From Macrostomum lignano (taxonomy: Eukaryota): a DNA stretch of 64,000 nt. Positions within the stretch are counted from its first letter, which is position 1. Every line of letters starts with the position of its first letter. The stretch is from NCBI GenBank assembly GCA_002269645.1, contig NIVC01003404.1:35543-99542 (forward strand), given 5' to 3'. Shown in pieces: positions 61,780 to 64,000 of this stretch. The notes below the pieces were generated by a model that saw only the letters and a list, made by a program, of their open reading frames with translations, made no database searches and was not told the origin of the DNA. Position numbers and translations under genes: made by a program.

Positions 61780-63250
61780 TCCATAAAAAGCATTAAAATA
61801 ATGTGCACGCAGCTGATGAGCTGCTAAGCCAATGCAAGGGACTGACTGATTAAAATCGCCGATAAAAAACCTACTGAAATTTGTCACCCAACCCCCCCCC
61901 CAATACACTCAACTGATAGCTGGCTTAAATGTGCGAACGCAGCCCCCCAACTTTATCTATGCTGGTGTAATCGATTTCTCAGTCAGTCGGTATGAGTCTC
62001 AGTTAAAGTTTACAAAAATATTGCGCAATCTAAATCAACCCTCCAATACACAGCGACCGACCCCCACACAGTGTGCAGTTAGAAATTGAACCCCCTCCCC
62101 ACTGTTGGGGGGTCGGTCGAACCCCCATTCAACCCCAGAATGAGTACAATCTTTGCAGAAAGTTAAAAGTATGGGATTTGTTTTTCAATCGCTGTGTTTT
62201 TTCTTTTCGCATTTAAAACAAACAACTTAATCCCCGAAATCAGGATTGCAAGATCTTTCCAGCAGTAAAAGTCTCTTCTCTCAAAGCTCAAAACTCGAGG
62301 AACAGTTTGCGTTTGAAATATCCCGTTTTAAAGCATTTGAAGTATTGAGTGTACGTTCACTGTCTGCTAAATAGGCTCGCAAGTTTATTCATTCATTTCA
62401 CTGCGCGGCTATTACACAGGGCAGCCTATTGAAAGGCAGAGATAATAAAACAAATTGATGGCGCAATCCATTTCTCAGTCAGTCAGTAAGAGTCTCAGTT
62501 AAAATGATCGCGCAATCCAATTCAACCCTCCAATACGCAGCGACCGACCCCCCAATAGTGCACAGTGTGTAGTTAGAAATTCAACCCCCAACTTTATCTG
62601 TTACGTCTCACAAAAATGAGCACAATCTTTAAAAAAAGTTAAAAGTATGAAAATCTTTTTTAATGCTGTGCTTTTAGTTTTCATATATTTCAACTTTTCA
62701 AGCAAAAAAACTTATATCGCCGAACTCAGCGTTGCAAGACGCTGATATAAAGTCTCTCCTCTCAAAGTTTAAAATCCGAGCAACAATTAACGTTTTGATT
62801 TTCCTGATTTAGAGCAATAAAGTTTTCAGTGTACATTTACTGCCTGCAACAGAGGGAGGCTCGCAAGTTTATGCATTGAATTTCACTGTCCGCCAGTGAG
62901 CCAGGGTGCAAAGTGTACACACGCAGCCACTGAGAACGCGACCATCCCCCACTGGAGAGAAAATACACTGGCGACATAGGAAAAAGTTGTGGCGTAATCA
63001 CTCAAAATTTATGCATTTTTTCAGCTCCGAGCAGAAAAAGTGTCCAGAGAAGGTTAGGAAATCAGATTTCTGCTTTTTTAGGGATCTTAAAATTAAAAAA
63101 TGAAAGATTAAAACAGCCTAAAGCCGATTCCGGAAAATTTGCAGTATTCCCATATAAGTTTCAACGCTGAGTTGCACGTAGTCTAGGAGGAGATATCCTA
63201 CAAACAAACAGACAAACAAACAAACAAACAACGCACCAACTTTAGTATTA
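61780..63250. repeat. Helitron 5' subterminal region with copies of the ~380-bp module shared with the non-autonomous units
   Basis: cagtcagtc..agtctcagttaaa module at about 61975 and 62480 recurs at about 42660, 44070, 46290, 46780, 47230, 49975, 51500 and 52670. Confidence 0.8.
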
Positions 63251-64000
63251 AGACAGATAGATTTTGAAATAGCCCACTGCAGTCTCCGGAAAATTTGCTG
63301 TTTTCTGATATAAGTTTCAAGGCTGACTTGCAAGTATTCTAGGAGGAGTTATGCAATACGGACAGACAGACAGACAAACAAACAACGCACCAACTTAGTA
63401 TTAAGATAAGTTTCAAGGCTGACTTGCAAGTATCTAGGAGGAGTTATGCAACATACGGACAGACAGACAGACAAACAAACAACGCACCAACTTTAGTATT
63501 AAGAAGAAGAAGAAGATGCAAAGTGTGCAAAGGCATATGTGCAAAGAGTTACAAGCGTGATGTTATGGTCTTGAGATAAGGAAACACATAAGTAGTATAA
63601 GGTAAACCTAGGTAAACCTTACATAGCTAGGTAACATGAGTAAACAGGTAAACATAGTACGTAGGTGAACATTTAGTATAGTTGGATGAGTAAAAAGGCA
63701 ACATGAGTAATGGGCAAACATGAATAGATAGGCAAACATATAAGTACATAGGTAAACATACGTACAAGGTAAACGTGAGAAATAGGCAAACATTATTGAA
63801 TAGGCAAACAATTTTGAAATTTACGATTGTAAACCTGTGTACCTATGTACGGGGAAAACTATGTACATAGATAAACACGAATAAGTAGGCAACATGAGTA
63901 AATAGGCAAATGAGTAAATAGGTAAACATGAGTAAATGGCAAACTTAAGTATATGGGCAAACATAATATATAAGGCAAACTTGAGTAAATAGGCAAACTT

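Larger units (their letters stand above)
52354..63516 (-). mobile_element. Full-length Helitron unit (about 11.2 kb) with three nested 5' termini (63516, 63406, 63253)
   Basis: A|TC junction at 63517/63516; 3' hairpin 52363-52379 then CTCG; contains the Rep/Hel gene. Confidence 0.8.

Overview
Eukaryotic (metazoan) genomic DNA: spliced genes with AT-rich introns, GC-rich exons and dense transposon debris. The style suggests an invertebrate such as the flatworm Macrostomum, which is inference only. The left half (1-38 kb) is a birth-and-death cluster of a secreted protein family built as signal peptide + PAN/Apple domain + ALK/LTK-type glycine-rich domain, with no transmembrane segment or kinase. 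Three copies have reconstructable intact five-exon CDSs (A 1466-3968 +, C 14555-17186 -, D 23581-26576 -) and three are broken (B, E, F). The copies form two convergent arms around a single-copy, intronless rhodopsin-like GPCR interrupted by one in-frame TAA. Between genes lie a Tc1/IS630-like deletion derivative, hAT MITEs, tRNA-derived SINEs, two solo LTRs, LINE, tyrosine-recombinase and P-element remnants, a Penelope-like element, and two minimal hammerhead ribozymes. The right half is a decayed Ty3/Gypsy element (37.8-40.85 kb) followed by a 22.5-kb head-to-tail Helitron concatemer on the minus strand. It comprises one 11-kb Rep/Helicase unit, carrying an unknown coiled-coil gene and its inverted pseudocopy, and five non-autonomous units that each carry a short (TTAGGG)n tract. 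The concatemer appears to split a dispersed repeat. All coordinates and alignments were read by eye and need computational confirmation.
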